Shown piece by piece: positions 24,709-39,220 of a stretch of DNA of 64,000 bases. The DNA is from Octopus vulgaris. Its lineage: Eukaryota. Position 1 is the stretch's first letter. Each line of letters begins with the position of its first letter. The position numbers and the translations under genes were made by a program. The notes below the pieces were generated by a model that saw only the letters and a list, made by a program, of their open reading frames with translations, was not told the DNA's origin and made no database searches. The stretch lies in contig OX597817.1 in NCBI GenBank assembly GCA_951406725.2, forward strand, positions 29,636,001-29,700,000. Direction: 5' to 3'.

Positions 24709-24753
24709 TGAACCTGAAGATTGCAGAATTTAATGCATGAAAGTACTAGTTCA
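24709..24753 (+). ncRNA. Minimal type I hammerhead ribozyme motif with one stem II mismatch
   Basis: TGAAC-CTGAAGA-TTGCA(gaatttaa)TGCAT-GAAA-GTAC-TA-GTTCA. Stem I is TGAAC/GTTCA, stem III is the palindrome AGTACT, the triplet is CUA, and the first pair of stem II is U-U. Confidence 0.65.
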
Positions 24754-24907
24754 ATCAAAATGAACATTTAGCATTCTATATTTTATTTTATTATATTATA
24801 TTATCTTATATTATATCATTATAAGATTGTAAATAAAACGTGAAAATCAGACAAGGTTCGAATTCCTTTTATTAATATATTCTTCTATACACAATCACAC
24901 ACACCCG

Positions 24908-25182
<275 letters not shown>

Positions 25183-26011
25183 GTATTAATTTATAAAAAT
25201 ATGGTAAAGTAAAAAAATTCACTTTACCGCACACCGAACTTTTCAGAAATAGCAGCCAAAAATTTGGCTATTTCTTCAACTGCAAGTAAAAGTCTCCAGA
25301 CAATGCATACTCAGAAAATAACTCACATAGGTATAAGGGAAAAACAATGAAAGATCACATCCATATAAGATACCCGAGAACAGCCTGTTTCTGGATTCGT
25401 GGGTTAAACGCCACTTTTCCTTCATCAGCTCAGAGATTTCTTCTGATTTGGATTTGAAAATACTAAGAACCAAACATACCCATCCGATATCTGTAACATC
25501 GGACAAACTATGCTGGACACCCAGTACTAGCGAATCCAAAAATACAAATGAGATCTATTATTCTCCCTGTCCACCCACGTGAGTCATAGAGTAGTGCATT
25601 TCTACAGAGGCGAAAACTGTAGTTCAAATTCTTGGAGAGAAAGCATTATATTGTCAGTAAAAAAGGGTAGAATTAATTAATTGTTAATCAATTCGACCAA
25701 GCAGTATTCGGTATGTAAAAGGACCATTTACGGTATATTTGAAGTATTAATATATATATATATATATATATATTTATATGTGTGCATAATTAGGCACATA
25801 TGCATGCATAATGTATACACACCTAGGTTTTATTTGGCATGCAGTATAAACTTTAATGTGTCTTCCATGCTGGTAGTTTACTTATTCGCTAATTTCATCC
25901 CGAAAATTTATTGAATAACAAAGCTATTCCTGGAAGCAGTATAGTAAGTATGATAAACGAGATGATGAAGGATCTTGTACATAGTCGCTGGATGAAAAGA
26001 AACCTTCCTCC

Positions 26012-26051
<40 letters not shown>

Positions 26052-27842
26052 ATTTTTCGCGACTTCGCCGTTTATTTGAACTTCTCACCTTTCATTTTGT
26101 CGTATTCGTGGCTCTGGTTCTTTCTACTTACCCTCTCTAATCTTTTGCTCTCCAACTCATTTAATTCACATCGTCCCTAACATAACTGATTCTCTCACAT
26201 GACCTCTCTCTCTCTAAGCCTTACTCCTTACTCCATTCTGGTGCTCACTTGCAGATGAAGGGCCAAACACAAAACATTAGGTTCTACGTGTCTCCCAATA
26301 ATTAAACTTATCCGAAACTCCTATGAATTTTGAATTGAAACATTTACTTCCTTTAGAATAACTAACCATTTCACAAGTGTCAAGTAATTTTTCATAGTTA
26401 CCGATAATTGGATTAGGACAGATTAAATTATCCAGATAATATATCCTTTATAATTCGTTGGCGTTTTTGTCTTCGTTGAATATATTCGAATCTGAAATAT
26501 GGAGTTTCTAAAGATACCAGCAAGGGAACAGTGGTGCCGTCTAAAGCATTTCATCACTGGTTATTTCTTATGACAGTCTGACCTCCAGAAAAGTGTACCT
26601 GTCAATCATAGAAACAGTGACAAAGAACGGGCTATAGATTGGTAAAGCTGCTCAAACATTTTTAATAGAAGGTGCAAATAGGATGACTTATATAAAGTGA
26701 TGAGTTTCCTTTAACACGGTCAGTTGCAGCTGCGGACTGGAAATAGCGTTAGCTCTTATTCAAATTATCATTAGTTAAATAAATTCTTATAAGTTGAATC
26801 GGCAGCAGAACTCTCATGAAAGTTAGTAATGGCACTGAAAAAATAAATTTTCACACTTATGTGTTATGGCTAACAGCTGAAAAAATTCTGCACTTAAATG
26901 TAAATAGCGGAAGTAGTAATAGTTGTAGAATATTATTCTTCGTCTCCTCATCTTTATCATTTTCATCATTAAATCAGGAAAAAAATTGTGATAAAAATTG
27001 CATGTATGAATAATCTAATATGAATAATTGATTTAAGTTAATCAGCTATTTATTATGTATTGAATCATGAAATTCAGTATGAGTTAATTTTATGCTGACT
27101 TTCAAATTGCACTTATCAAATTCCATTCTCAGGGCACGGGTCAACCCGAGCTTAGAAAACTCTTGCACAAGGTGTAACGCAAGGAATCGTGGTTGTAAGA
27201 CGAGCTTCTTATGCACGAGAACATAAAAAAGATAAATGATTACTTCAACCAAAAACAAAATGTTGAAATGGTTTTAAATTTTACACTCAATTCAAAACTT
27301 TCACTCATTTAAAAATTGAACGTAGTACTCCTCCTGAACATAATAATCTATATTGCTAAACTAAGATCAATGTACAATTGATAAGAAATATATGATCGGT
27401 GAACAGTATTCGAATGTTCAATCTATAAGGCTAATCCCACACGTGTATATGTACCCATAAGCCTATTTATACATGCAAACTTACACAGTTTACAACCCTG
27501 AAGTACCTAGGTGGATTCGGTCATTTGAGAAAAGTGTACTGGCTCCCCGCCATACACACACACACGCACACACAGACACACACGCACACAGACACACACG
27601 CACACACATACACACACACACACATATATATATACACATACAAATAAATTATATTCTTTGCTCAAGGACACACGCACCGCCTGGTCCATGAATGGAAACT
27701 CACGACCTTACGATAATGAATACTTCACATTAATTACTAGGGCACACATTTTTTCATATGTATGCATATGTATATATGTATATTTGTACATATGCGTGTA
27801 TGTGTGTGTGTGTGCCCGTGTTTGTGCATATACAAATATTAT

Positions 27843-28210
27843 CTTTTACATGTTTCAGTCATTAGGCTGTGGCCATGCTGGGGCACCGCCTTGAAGCATT
27901 TTTAGTCGACTGAATCAACCCCAGTACTTATTTTTTAAGCCTAATTCTTATTCTATCGGTCACTTTTGCCGAGCCGCTAAGTTACGGCTACATAAACACA
28001 GCAACACCGGTTGTCTAGCGGTGGCAAGGGTCGAATACAGATACAAACACACACATACGCATATATATGTACGACGAGCTTCGTTTAGTTTCATTAAGGC
28101 TTTAGTCAGTTCAAGGCTGTTGTAGAAGATACTTGCCCAAGGTGCCATGTATGGAACTGAACCCAATCATTTTCTTGAGGAAGCAAACTTCTTACCACCA
28201 TGTCTGCGTC
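27843..28210 (-). mobile_element. SINE family C, diverged
   Basis: GTTTCAGTCATTAGGCTGTGGCCATGCTGGGGCACCGCC…GAAGATACTTGCCCAAGGTGCCA. Confidence 0.8.
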
Positions 28211-30349
28211 ATATAACAGTATAACAGTAAACCATTGAGAGTCTCTGGCAACATATCTTTTATAACGGATGAGAACTGAAGACCGCTTACGTGAAGTGTA
28301 CTGATGTCACCACATTCGGACTGGTGGAAGAAGTTAGACTTACACACTGGTATGTAGACGGACTCTGTGACCTGCCTTAATAAAGTATCAGACGTACGAA
28401 TAGTTAAAATATCTAAATTAAGTTTCTTATGGAGCCATTATGACAATCTAATACGAGTTGGGAGAAAACGGAATTAGATCTTTCTTCGTCTTTGCCGTTC
28501 CCGTACCTGCTGACTCTTTCGTTAATCCTCCGGGAAATTTCATCTACGTAGCATCTTGAGAAGTCTGTATATGTTTCTTCCAGGCATCGTATCCAGAATA
28601 CAATATTTCAGACTTTGTAGCTGATATGTGAGTTTATGATACATGCCACAAAGTTACTTTGACACGTATTGCTAATACTACTACCATTCCTACAGTTATT
28701 CTCTTCCGTGATGGGCTGATAAATTCTCTTTAAAGTCATTAAGTTATGATTCAGCTATACAACAGCACACTGAAATAAGTGCCGCACTGGGAGAAGAAAA
28801 GAAGAGAGTATACATACCACAAACTTAAACTTCAACCAAAAATTCAAATGAACTACCTGCAATGAACATTAGGCAATGACAAACAGAATGACAGACCTAT
28901 ACAGGTGAGAAAAACGGTATTTTTTAAACTTTGAGGCCTATATATACTGGCCAACAAACTTGTTTCAGACCAGTTGCTGTGAAACTGTCAGTGACAAGGT
29001 GGCAGATAATACGACGAACTAAATAAATTATTAAATGACGTTAATAGCTTTTGCGTGTATCTGAATTGCTAATATATCTTCTACACTCTAATAGCAGTAA
29101 CTCATCCTACACAAACTACATGCTTGTATGCAAGTGTGCGAATATATAATTTAAAGATAAGTGTTTGCTGTCGCAGAGCAGCAACACCCTTTTAAATACA
29201 GTTTTAGAATTAACTACACACAATATTTTTTAATTCGTAATGCGTAACGATTTACTTAAAAGCTTCATTCCATACTACCAGTAGCAAACTGAAATACTTG
29301 TCTTCTTTGTTGAATTTTGGGAGCGTAATAAAAAACCTTTCTAACATTAAATATTTCCTTAATGACATTTTTTGACAGTAAGTCACATTGATTCAATCAG
29401 TTCCAATATCTTTATCATTATTTAGATTGTTATTTTTGTTTCCTTGCTTGATTGTTTGTTACGCACCATTATATATTAAATGATGTCAATCGAGAGACAT
29501 TGCCATCTGCCTTTGTGAAACTGAAATCAGGCAATATGAAAATTATCTCAGATCTATATAGACAAGAGAGCTTCCGATTTTGCTGCAGCAGTAAGCACTT
29601 GTGGCCTACTATATTTAGGAATAAAGCAATGTGAGCACTTACAAAGATATGTCCTACCTATTCACAATGAATAGCAAAACTGCCATTATCTGTTGAATAC
29701 TTCTTTACAGACATGTAAGCCATATCCCCAAAAACGTAAAAAAAAACAATAAAGAATTACAAAGATATTTTCTAAACAGTTGTTATCCTTGCCTTTGTTG
29801 CTTTGTTATTGTTGTTGTTGTTAGTGATGCTGGTGATAGTGACAGCACAAAACAACTCTGTGGAGGATTATGTTAAGGAGGATGGATAGTTTGCCTCTAT
29901 CTATACCGCTATTGTTCTGTGTTGTTCAAGCCATACGAATATGATAACAGTTACTGAATTGATGGCGATATATGCGTAGGTATGAATCCTTATAGCATCA
30001 TATTTGTCAATATATACTTTTTGCCGAAATTGTTCACCAATATTTTATACTTATTAAGCTTTAGATTTTAATAAAATAAAAAAGGCTTACTCTAATATAA
30101 CAGAAGGAAGAGGACAAATGAAATAAGTTAAATTCTGCCAGATTTTGATTAAAGCAAACTTTTCTGAATTAGAACATGCTCTTTATCAATTTCCATCTAA
30201 CTCAGATAAATACGCAGGTATTTTGCTTGAAATTATAAGAAGGGCCTTTCATACTATAGAAACAATGTCAAGCGCCGTTCTGTTTGCTATAACTTGTCCA
30301 ATATATTGTCTTTTAAAGATAATGATTTAGAAGACTAAATTACCGTATA

Positions 30350-31220
30350 TCAGATCATCCCATAAGTTCTGTCCGATTTTACCTTTTTTAAAATTGAATG
30401 AAATTTAATAGTATTATAGAATGTCAAATGGAACTAAAAATTATTTTTATGCATTTGGGTACATTTAAATTAAGTATTATTTTACAGAATAATAGAATTA
30501 GAATTTCTTTGATTTTCCAACATGGAAGTATCCAAAGAGCATTTAAGGCACATAATGCTCTATGAGTACAAAAAAGGAAACCCTGCAGCCGAAGCGACTC
30601 AAAATATACACTCAGTTTATTGGAAAGAATGCTTGAATGAAAGAACTTGCAAAAGATGGTTTGCAAAATTCAGAAGTGGAGATTTCAGCCTTGAAGATGA
30701 AGTTCGAACAGGACGCCCAGTTGAGTTTAGTGATAAGCTTCTTGAGGCATTACTTGAAGAAAATCCTGCATTATCAGTTGAAGAATTGGCAATAAAGCTT
30801 AGTTCAAAGCTTTGAAGTAAAAAAGACTCGGTTTAGTGAATCGAAAAGGAGTGATGTTTCATCAGGACAATGCGAGACCCCACAGTGCAAAGATCACATC
30901 ACAGAAGATCGAAGAGCTTGGTTGGGAAAAAATTCCTCATTCACCTTATTCTTCCGACCTTGCTCCTTCAGAGTTTACAAAATTATTTGGGGGACATAAC
31001 TTTCGCAAGCCAGGAGGAGGTCAAAACTGACATTTCTGAGTTCTTCGCTTTGAAACCAAAAGAGTTTTACATTGATGGGATTAAAAAGCTTGTAAATAGA
31101 TGGAAGGAAGTCATAGATAATCAGGGAAAGTACATTGGGGATTAAATTTCAATTAAATATAACATTTAATCACTTGTTTTCTTTATTCAAAATTCGGACA
31201 GAACTTATGGGATGACCTAA
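30350..31220 (+). mobile_element. Internally deleted mariner (Tc1/mariner, DD34D type) with both TIRs
   Basis: ~30-bp TIRs TCAGATCATCCCATAAGTTCTGTCCGATTTT and AAATTCGGACAGAACTTATGGGATGACCTAA, with TA on both sides (30348-49 and 31221-22). Length 871 bp. Confidence 0.95.
30522..31145 (+). pseudogene. Mariner transposase pseudogene (HTH retained; central domain deleted; frameshifts)
   Basis: MEVSKEHLRHIMLYEYKKG…RWFAKFRSGDFSLEDEVRTGRP (HTH), then HQDNARPH, HSPYSSDLAPS and FYIDGIKKLVNRWKEVIDNQGKY in shifted frames. The WVPHEL and TGDE regions are absent. Confidence 0.93.
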
Positions 31221-31319
31221 TAGTTTACATTATTGACAATTGGTTTTTTTATTTCGTCAAATTTCGCAAAAACCTCAGAAATAGAATTAGGAATTTCCTT
31301 AGTAATTAAGGTTTCATTC

Positions 31320-31833
31320 ATTCATGATGAAGAAGATGATGAAGATAATAAGGAGGAGGAGGACGACGACGACGTTGATATTCCGATGATGGACACGGTG
31401 GTAGTAATAGGATGGAGGAAGTGGTGGTGATAGGTATTGGTGATATAAGTGATGATAATGGTTGGCATTGTGGTGATCATGTCGGCAGAGGTGGTGATGA
31501 AGAATGCGGTAGTGAAGTGGATGAAAGATGATGAAAAAGGTGGTGGTCATGGTGATGATGGTGGTGGTGGTAGAGAAAAAGAAATAGATGATGATGATGA
31601 TGATGATGACGATTATGATGATAGCCACGGTGGTAATGATGTGGCTGGTGGAGGTGGTGGTGGTGGTGGTGGTAGTGGTGGTAGTGATGTAGAAGTGGTA
31701 ACAGAGATGATGATGACGACCGTGTTGATGATGACGTTATAGGTGGCGATAAATATTGCAATGATGACGACAATGTTGATGACGATGGTGACGATGACGA
31801 TGATGATGACGACGACAACGGACAACGGACAAC

Positions 31834-31876
<43 letters not shown>

Positions 31877-31877
31877 G

Positions 31878-31937
<60 letters not shown>

Positions 31938-31960
31938 CAATGACGACGAAAACGGACAAC

Positions 31961-31991
<31 letters not shown>

Positions 31992-32022
31992 CTGACGATG
32001 ATGATGATGATGATGATGATGA
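31320..32022. repeat. (GAT/GGT/GAC)n low-complexity trinucleotide region
   Basis: Read directly from the sequence; it explains the homopolymeric ORFs there. Confidence 0.95.
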
Positions 32023-32705
32023 AAAAGTAAGAAGAGGATTGCGAGTACAAAGAACTCACTACATCAGCACAGACACAAGATACAAGCTATGGCGTCCTAA
32101 AGTCTAAACACAAACAAGTGAACTCAGCCATTTTCACAGACAAACAGGTGCATCAGATCCGGGATGAGTTGCGGGGGGATAAAGTTATGAGGTTGTTTGT
32201 TTAAAACAAGTTGAAAATAAAAGCCATTAAAGATTTTATTTTTTTGAAATAGATGCCAAAAACAAAGAAGAGGGGGAAAACAAAAAGAAAACGAAGAGAC
32301 TGACCGAAGAAAGAGAAAATTAAGAACTTACTGACGAATGAAATGAAACAGTTCACATAGATTTTCTATTTAGTTATAAGCAATTATACCAAGTAAACCT
32401 ATTGGTAGGGAAACTAATGATATTGTTGATGGGTCTAATGAAATGTATGAAGAGTTCCCGGAGTAGATACATATTCAAGGTACCGAAATATTTCAATGGT
32501 AAATTGCCAACCAAGAAGGTCAATCTAAGCAAACCAGGAATATAATTAATGATATAGAGTGGATAAAAATACAGATGCCCGGCTGCAAATACACTGTTCA
32601 GGGAAAATTATATAATTTTAGCTTAAAATGTGATAATTATGTTGTCTTGCGTCGAGTGATTTAACGGACATATATATATATGCGTGTGTGCGTGTGTATG
32701 TATGT

Positions 32706-32751
<46 letters not shown>

Positions 32752-32800
32752 GCATATATATGCTTATATATATATGTGCATATGAGTGCATAAATGTAGG

Positions 32801-32865
<65 letters not shown>

Positions 32866-32870
<5 letters not shown>

Positions 32871-32984
32871 CCTGCTCGCTTAGCCAGCGGGATGGCGTCA
32901 TTTGAAAGCTAATACAATGCGAAGCGCATTGTGACCAGCGATGTGTAGCAAGCAACATCTGATAGCCTGCTCGGTCACCGTGAT
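32866..32984 (+). mobile_element. Short retroposon 3' fragment inserted in (TA)n
   Basis: A GC-richer 120-bp block, …GCGCATTGTGACCAGCGATGTGTAGC…GGTCACCGTGA, flanked by TA repeats. Confidence 0.5.
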
Positions 32985-33068
32985 ATATATATATATATAC
33001 ATACTTACATGCACACATACATATGTATATATATATATATGTGCATATGAGTGTATAAATGTATATAT

Positions 33069-33127
<59 letters not shown>

Positions 33128-33130
<3 letters not shown>

Positions 33131-33228
33131 GTAAAATGCAGTGTACATTTAAACACATTAAGAGGTTTCCATCATAGGACTCCCTTACGCTAGCTCAAGG
33201 TGTTTAAATGTACACTGTATTTTATATG
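33128..33228. repeat. Inverted repeat with ~29-bp arms and 43-bp spacer
   Basis: AAAATGCAGTGTACATTTAAACAC and GTGTTTAAATGTACACTGTATTTT. Confidence 0.85.
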
Positions 33229-33688
33229 AATAGTATATAGTCTATTGACTAATTTTTCTATACGCTAGACCACTGGTAGTAAAAAAATTTTTAAATATAT
33301 ATACATGTATGTATGTATATATATATATATGAATGGATATATAAATGTGTGTGTGTGTGTGTGTGTGAACATACATACATACACCTACCCGTTGTTGGTT
33401 AACGATCTAGAGAGTGTGTACTCAATACAAACTTGGATTGTAGTAATTTAACAAACACTTGTTTAGCCGAAGAAGCAGCGGCAAGTCATAGAAATTTCAG
33501 AGTAACAGGAATTTCCAGTCCTCCATATCAGCTTACTTATTCTCAACTACAACTTTAACCTTTATGGACTCCAACGATGCTGACCGTCGAATAATGCATC
33601 TAACTGTTCTCGAAAAAAAAAAAAGGAAAGATAAATCACGTCGTATTTAACCCGAACACTGTACATCTATCCATATTCCACACCTTGT

Positions 33689-34072
33689 GGAGGCGCAATG
33701 GCCCAGTGGTTAGGGCAGCGGACTCGCGGTCATAGGATCGCGGTTTCGATTCCCAGACCGGGCATTGTGAGTGTTTATTGAGCGAATACGCCTAAAAGTT
33801 CCACGAGGCTCCGGCAGGGGATGGTGGTGATCCCTGCTGTACTCTTTCACCACAACTTTCTCTCACTCTTACTTCCTGTTTCTGTTGTACCTGTATTTCA
33901 AAGGGCCGGCCTTGTCACTCTCTGTGTCACGCTGAATATCCCTGAGAACTACGTTAAGGGTACACGTGTCTGTGGAGTGCTCAGCCACTTACACGTTAAT
34001 TTCACGAGCAGGCTGTTCCGTTGATTCGGATCAACCGGAACCCTCGTCGTCGTTACCGACGGAGTGCTTCCA
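33689..34072 (+). mobile_element. SINE family A, full length
   Basis: A box TGGCCCAGTGG and B box GGTTTCGATTCC. TSD ATTCCACACCT at 33675-33685 and 34079-34089. Confidence 0.92.
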
Positions 34073-34740
34073 TCCATCATTCCACACCTACTCTTCCTGG
34101 GATAATCGTGGGGTAGAGTCCTCAGATACCTCTTCCATAGTGTATTATCAGAAGTAACCGTTATTATGTTTTCTGGCTGGGGTCCCACGCGAGATTATGG
34201 ATGTTATCCAACCATCTCGTTCTTGGTCTACTTTTAGGTCTTCTATCGGTTGGTTCGGCTTGAGGAATCTGTCAAGTAATTCTTTCCTGCGACATTCTTA
34301 TCAACTGTCCCTGGTATCGGAGCTGTCACCTCTCGATGCAGAAAAGTAGCGGCTCGATCTGAAGAGATTCCTTGATCTCCGAGTTACACATCTTGTTCCG
34401 TAACAATTCTCCGGAGATCTTTCCAAGGAACCCTATTTCGGTTACGTGTATTCACGACTGTACTCTTTCGGTTATCGCTCAATATTCATGACCATAGGTG
34501 AAAGTAGCCACGGAAACCAAATTCAAGATGATGGCATGTTTGGATTTTCTACCAAACTTTTCTGAGAGTCGAATACTGCAGCTGGCACATTATTGGAATT
34601 CTTTTATCCAAGTCAGCCTTTTGCTTTCCATCACTCGTAAATATGTTTCCTGGGCACTTCAACATCTTCACTTGCCTCAGTGATGTTCCACTAAAATTCA
34701 TATTGCAGTGGAGAGATTTCTGAGAGAGAACCAATTTCTC
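34073..34740 (-). mobile_element. RTE-clade LINE 3' fragment (Expander/Rex3-like), degenerate
   Basis: Minus-strand peptides LRQVKMLKCPGNIFTSDGKQKADLDKRI, TFTYGHEY, IKESLQIEPLLFCIER and RRPKSRPRTRWLD match the RTE C-terminal pattern. Confidence 0.8.
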
Positions 34741-34774
34741 AGCCTTCGCAACACTTATTTACAGCCCATTTATG

Positions 34775-34989
<215 letters not shown>

Positions 34990-35435
34990 CCAAAAACGGA
35001 ATAAGAATGTAACGAACGACAATAAAAACATACAGAGAGATAGACGATGCAACGACGGACTGGAAAAACCAGGACGGATCATTCGTGGCCCTCTGTTCAT
35101 CAGTCAAGCTTCCATTTATCATTACAGTTTCGGCCTGTTGTACTTGAGACTGTTTAAAATTAGTAGGCTCCCAAAATCTAAGCTAAGAGCATTAAACTTT
35201 TGGAAGAAAGCAAGTGAATGTGTACAACACAGATAAAATAAAAAACGAGAAAATGTTTCACAATTACTAATACAAACAACAAGAGAATAACTACAGGTGT
35301 CTTTCGACTAATGAAGACAAGTTAAGTTAAGCTGGCGTGTGAAGTGAAAGCCTTGAGGCAAGGTATTTTCATATATATATATACATATCTGTCTATATAA
35401 CTGTGTCTCTCTCTGTCAGCCTGTCTGTCTGTTTG

Positions 35436-35518
<83 letters not shown>

Positions 35519-35544
35519 GTCTGTCTGTCTGTCTGTCTGTCTGC

Positions 35545-35615
<71 letters not shown>

Positions 35616-36059
35616 CGAGAGTGCATGTGTGTGTGCGCGTGTGAGCGCGCGTTACGTATGCAATGCGTTCCTTGTCCTTACGCGAAATACCGTCATATGA
35701 AATTAATTTTTCCATTGATTTTCATGTTATGCAATAATTGAGTTACGGTGGATCTTTGGTAATTAATAACAACAACAAAACCAACAATAAATAAATAGTA
35801 GCAACAAAGCCACTTTTAAGCATGAAAATAATTTGCACTCATACGCAATACTATATGTATATACAAAGGCATTTAGAGAGAAACACGTTTGAGAATAACT
35901 GAGGATCATAATACCGTTATAGGATACGTTTTTATGACAAAAGATAACTGCTGTGTTAGGGATGGTGGTGGTGGTGGAATAATTTTTAGTAGGAGAATGA
36001 GGTACACTATCTATTTTATAATTCATCATCATGAACATCTGCTTGAGGTGCACAAAATT

Positions 36060-36560
36060 GTTTAATGTTTATGGTGCATCATCTCTTTGTACAGTTCAGT
36101 ATCTGAACTATAAACTCCACTTGTAATTTTTGTTTCTTTCACGGTTAGGGTTGTTATCAGCAAAAAACTGTCAAACCTCCTTTTATCGATGTCAACCATT
36201 TAGCCATATTATTTACAGTCAATTTAAGTGGAGTTTTGTGGGATTTTCACATTCTCATTTGTATTCTCAGTTTGCTTTTGTTTAAACAGCATCGGTTTCT
36301 CGTTAGATTTACTTTCAATATGGGACACTAGTAGCTCAAACACACCGTCGATGGCATTTTTCAAACCTACATTGTTTGCAAGTGTCACAATAACTTTCTG
36401 AATTTCATATAGGTTTTCTGTTTGTGGAAAACTTGTAAGATTACGAATACAGTTTGGCTATATGGTTTTCCAAGAACAATTCAAAGGTGGAGGATCCAGG
36501 TCCGTACAACATATAGACCACATTATGTCTGTCTTAATTATCAACTAATTGGTTTGCAGC
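36060..36560 (-). mobile_element. Tigger/pogo-like transposase C-terminal fragment, degenerate
   Basis: Manual translation SWKTI*PNCIRNLTSFPQTENLYEIQKVIVTLANNVGLKNAIDGVFELLVSHIESKSNE…NPNRER resembles the Tigger post-DDE region (WK.LWP…F.GF…I..LA…G…V.ELL.SH…L.NE…DPN.ER). Confidence 0.65.
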
Positions 36561-37186
36561 GATACCATGCCCCATCATGAACTAAACTGAATTTCTATGA
36601 TCTTTGCCCGAGCTTTACTTAGTATTAAGGTAAAAGCTCGCCAAGAACAATCGCAGAGATTGAGGACGCCTTGGAGCATTGTTTCTCAGTATTTTTCCCT
36701 TGCGTAACCCTTAAAATAAATTACATATCTCAAGGAACCTCTGCGCAAAAAAAAAAAAATTGTATACCATATCTATAGCAGAAACAACGTCAAGTTTTCA
36801 CTCCTGGATTTCAGCCAGGAATATAAAGGGCTTCTTGTATAATGACGAACCAGTTCCTTCTTCCATCTCGAATCTTACTCATCATTACTATAGATATTAG
36901 TTACACTCAAGTTCGGTTCTAATTTTTTTTACATCTCAACCAGAAATTATTAGAAATTTGTATAAACATGTTCAATAAATCTTACAATGAAAATATACTA
37001 TGATGTTCGTGCTTACTCATTATGGTATGACACGTGACTGAAATAGTTAAAAATAGCAACATAATGTTCGTTCATCCAGTGACATTGATGACGCCATATC
37101 TTTTTCAGTACAATGTTCCCTTTATGAACAACTAAATTAAGGGATGTAAAACACACATATACACCTGTTGTCAAGTGATGAGACTT

Positions 37187-37250
<64 letters not shown>

Positions 37251-37278
37251 ACACACACACACTACCTCTCCCTCTCTT

Positions 37279-37343
<65 letters not shown>

Positions 37344-37808
37344 CCATAATTATTGCTGACAGAAATAATTATGTCATGTTGCTGTTTCTTAAAGTCCTTC
37401 TACGTACGTATGAATGTATGTACGTGGGCATAAATGTTTGAGTTTATATATGTATGTGCGTCTATGTATGTGTATCTATGTATGCACGTGTACATGTGTT
37501 TAAATACGTATTTTTCCTTAGTCAATGTTCATGTCACACATCCTCTCTGTCTCTCTAATCCTCATGCACCATCCTGGCCCCTCGTTGTACAATCATCATT
37601 TCCTTTCACCGCACCTCTGTCTATCTCTGTCTACTTGTCTGTCTCTGTCTCTATCGCTCTCTTGCAAATGCTTTATCATCAAAATTATCTCGTCAATTTT
37701 GTAGGGTGTTTATTTTTTTTATTTTTTATTTTACTCTACCTGATGGGTGTGCATTATAAACATTTTCGATTACTTTCTGGTGAGAAGCAGAGAGATCTGA
37801 TATCCGTG

Positions 37809-37849
<41 letters not shown>

Positions 37850-38688
37850 GTACATACATACATTTAAATGCGTGTGTGTACTTATCTGCTAATGATACAC
37901 ACAAATAATCACTCACACAACGCGCGCGCACACACACGGGCACGCACACACACAGAGAAGCAAATGCATATATAATTGTATGTACATCTCGTATATATTT
38001 GTGTGAAAATTGACATTGACTATGCAGATATAATTTTCAACCTAAATTTCAAATTCCCTTGGAGATGATCCATCCACCACCGTCATCTCCTCCTACTCTT
38101 GTTCCTGGTTCTCATCGTCGTCGTCGTCATCGTCATCATCATCATCATCATCATCTTCATCATCATCATCACTCTTTGTGCAAGAAACTAATATCATTTA
38201 ATGGGAGAAAATAAAATAAAAGTGAACTTTTTGTTTTATTATTTTGCTGTTTCGTCTTCTTGAAATATCAATTTGACATTTTCACTGATTGATCACTAAA
38301 TCCTTGAAGTTGGAAACTCTCAAGAAATAATGTCTTCATCCTGTAGAGATTTATTAAAAGTTTCTTCCTCAAATAAATCATGTTGACTAACGATGTGTGA
38401 TGGTATGGTATGATACCCTGGGGAGTGAGAAACCGTATATATCATTTACAGGAAATGACGAAAAATGTATCACTAAATTGTAGATAGATAATTATTTTCA
38501 AGTGCTTACGGTTAAACCATCAAAAAAAAAAAAAAAGGAAGTGTAAACCGAATTTAAGCAGTCTTCAAGTATTTTTTTTTTCATAGAATTTCATGGTTTT
38601 TGAAAATATGCTCAACAAATTAATGTGTTGTAAATACTTATTAAATACATTCATTTTGGAAATCAATTTCTATTGAATTTCCAGCTTT

Positions 38689-39047
<359 letters not shown>

Positions 39048-39052
39048 TAAAA

Positions 39053-39220
39053 GTAAGCTGGCAGAATCGATCGTTAGCACGCCGGGCAGAATGCTTTAGC
39101 GACATTTCGTCCGTCTTTATGTTCTGAATTCAAATCCCCTGAGGTCGACATTGCCTTTTATCCTTTCGAAGTCGGTAAAATAGGTACTAATTTAGCACTG
39201 GGGTCGATGAAATTGCTTGC
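39053..39220 (+). mobile_element. SINE family B
   Basis: AGCTGGCAGAATCGATCGTTAGCACGCCGGGC…GAGGTCGACATTGCCTTTTATCCTTTCG. Confidence 0.8.

Noticed and set aside
31314-32107. Poly-His/Asp/Met/Ile ORFs (also 44748-45074 and 21965-22297)
   Set aside because: These are translations of trinucleotide microsatellites, open in many frames on both strands.
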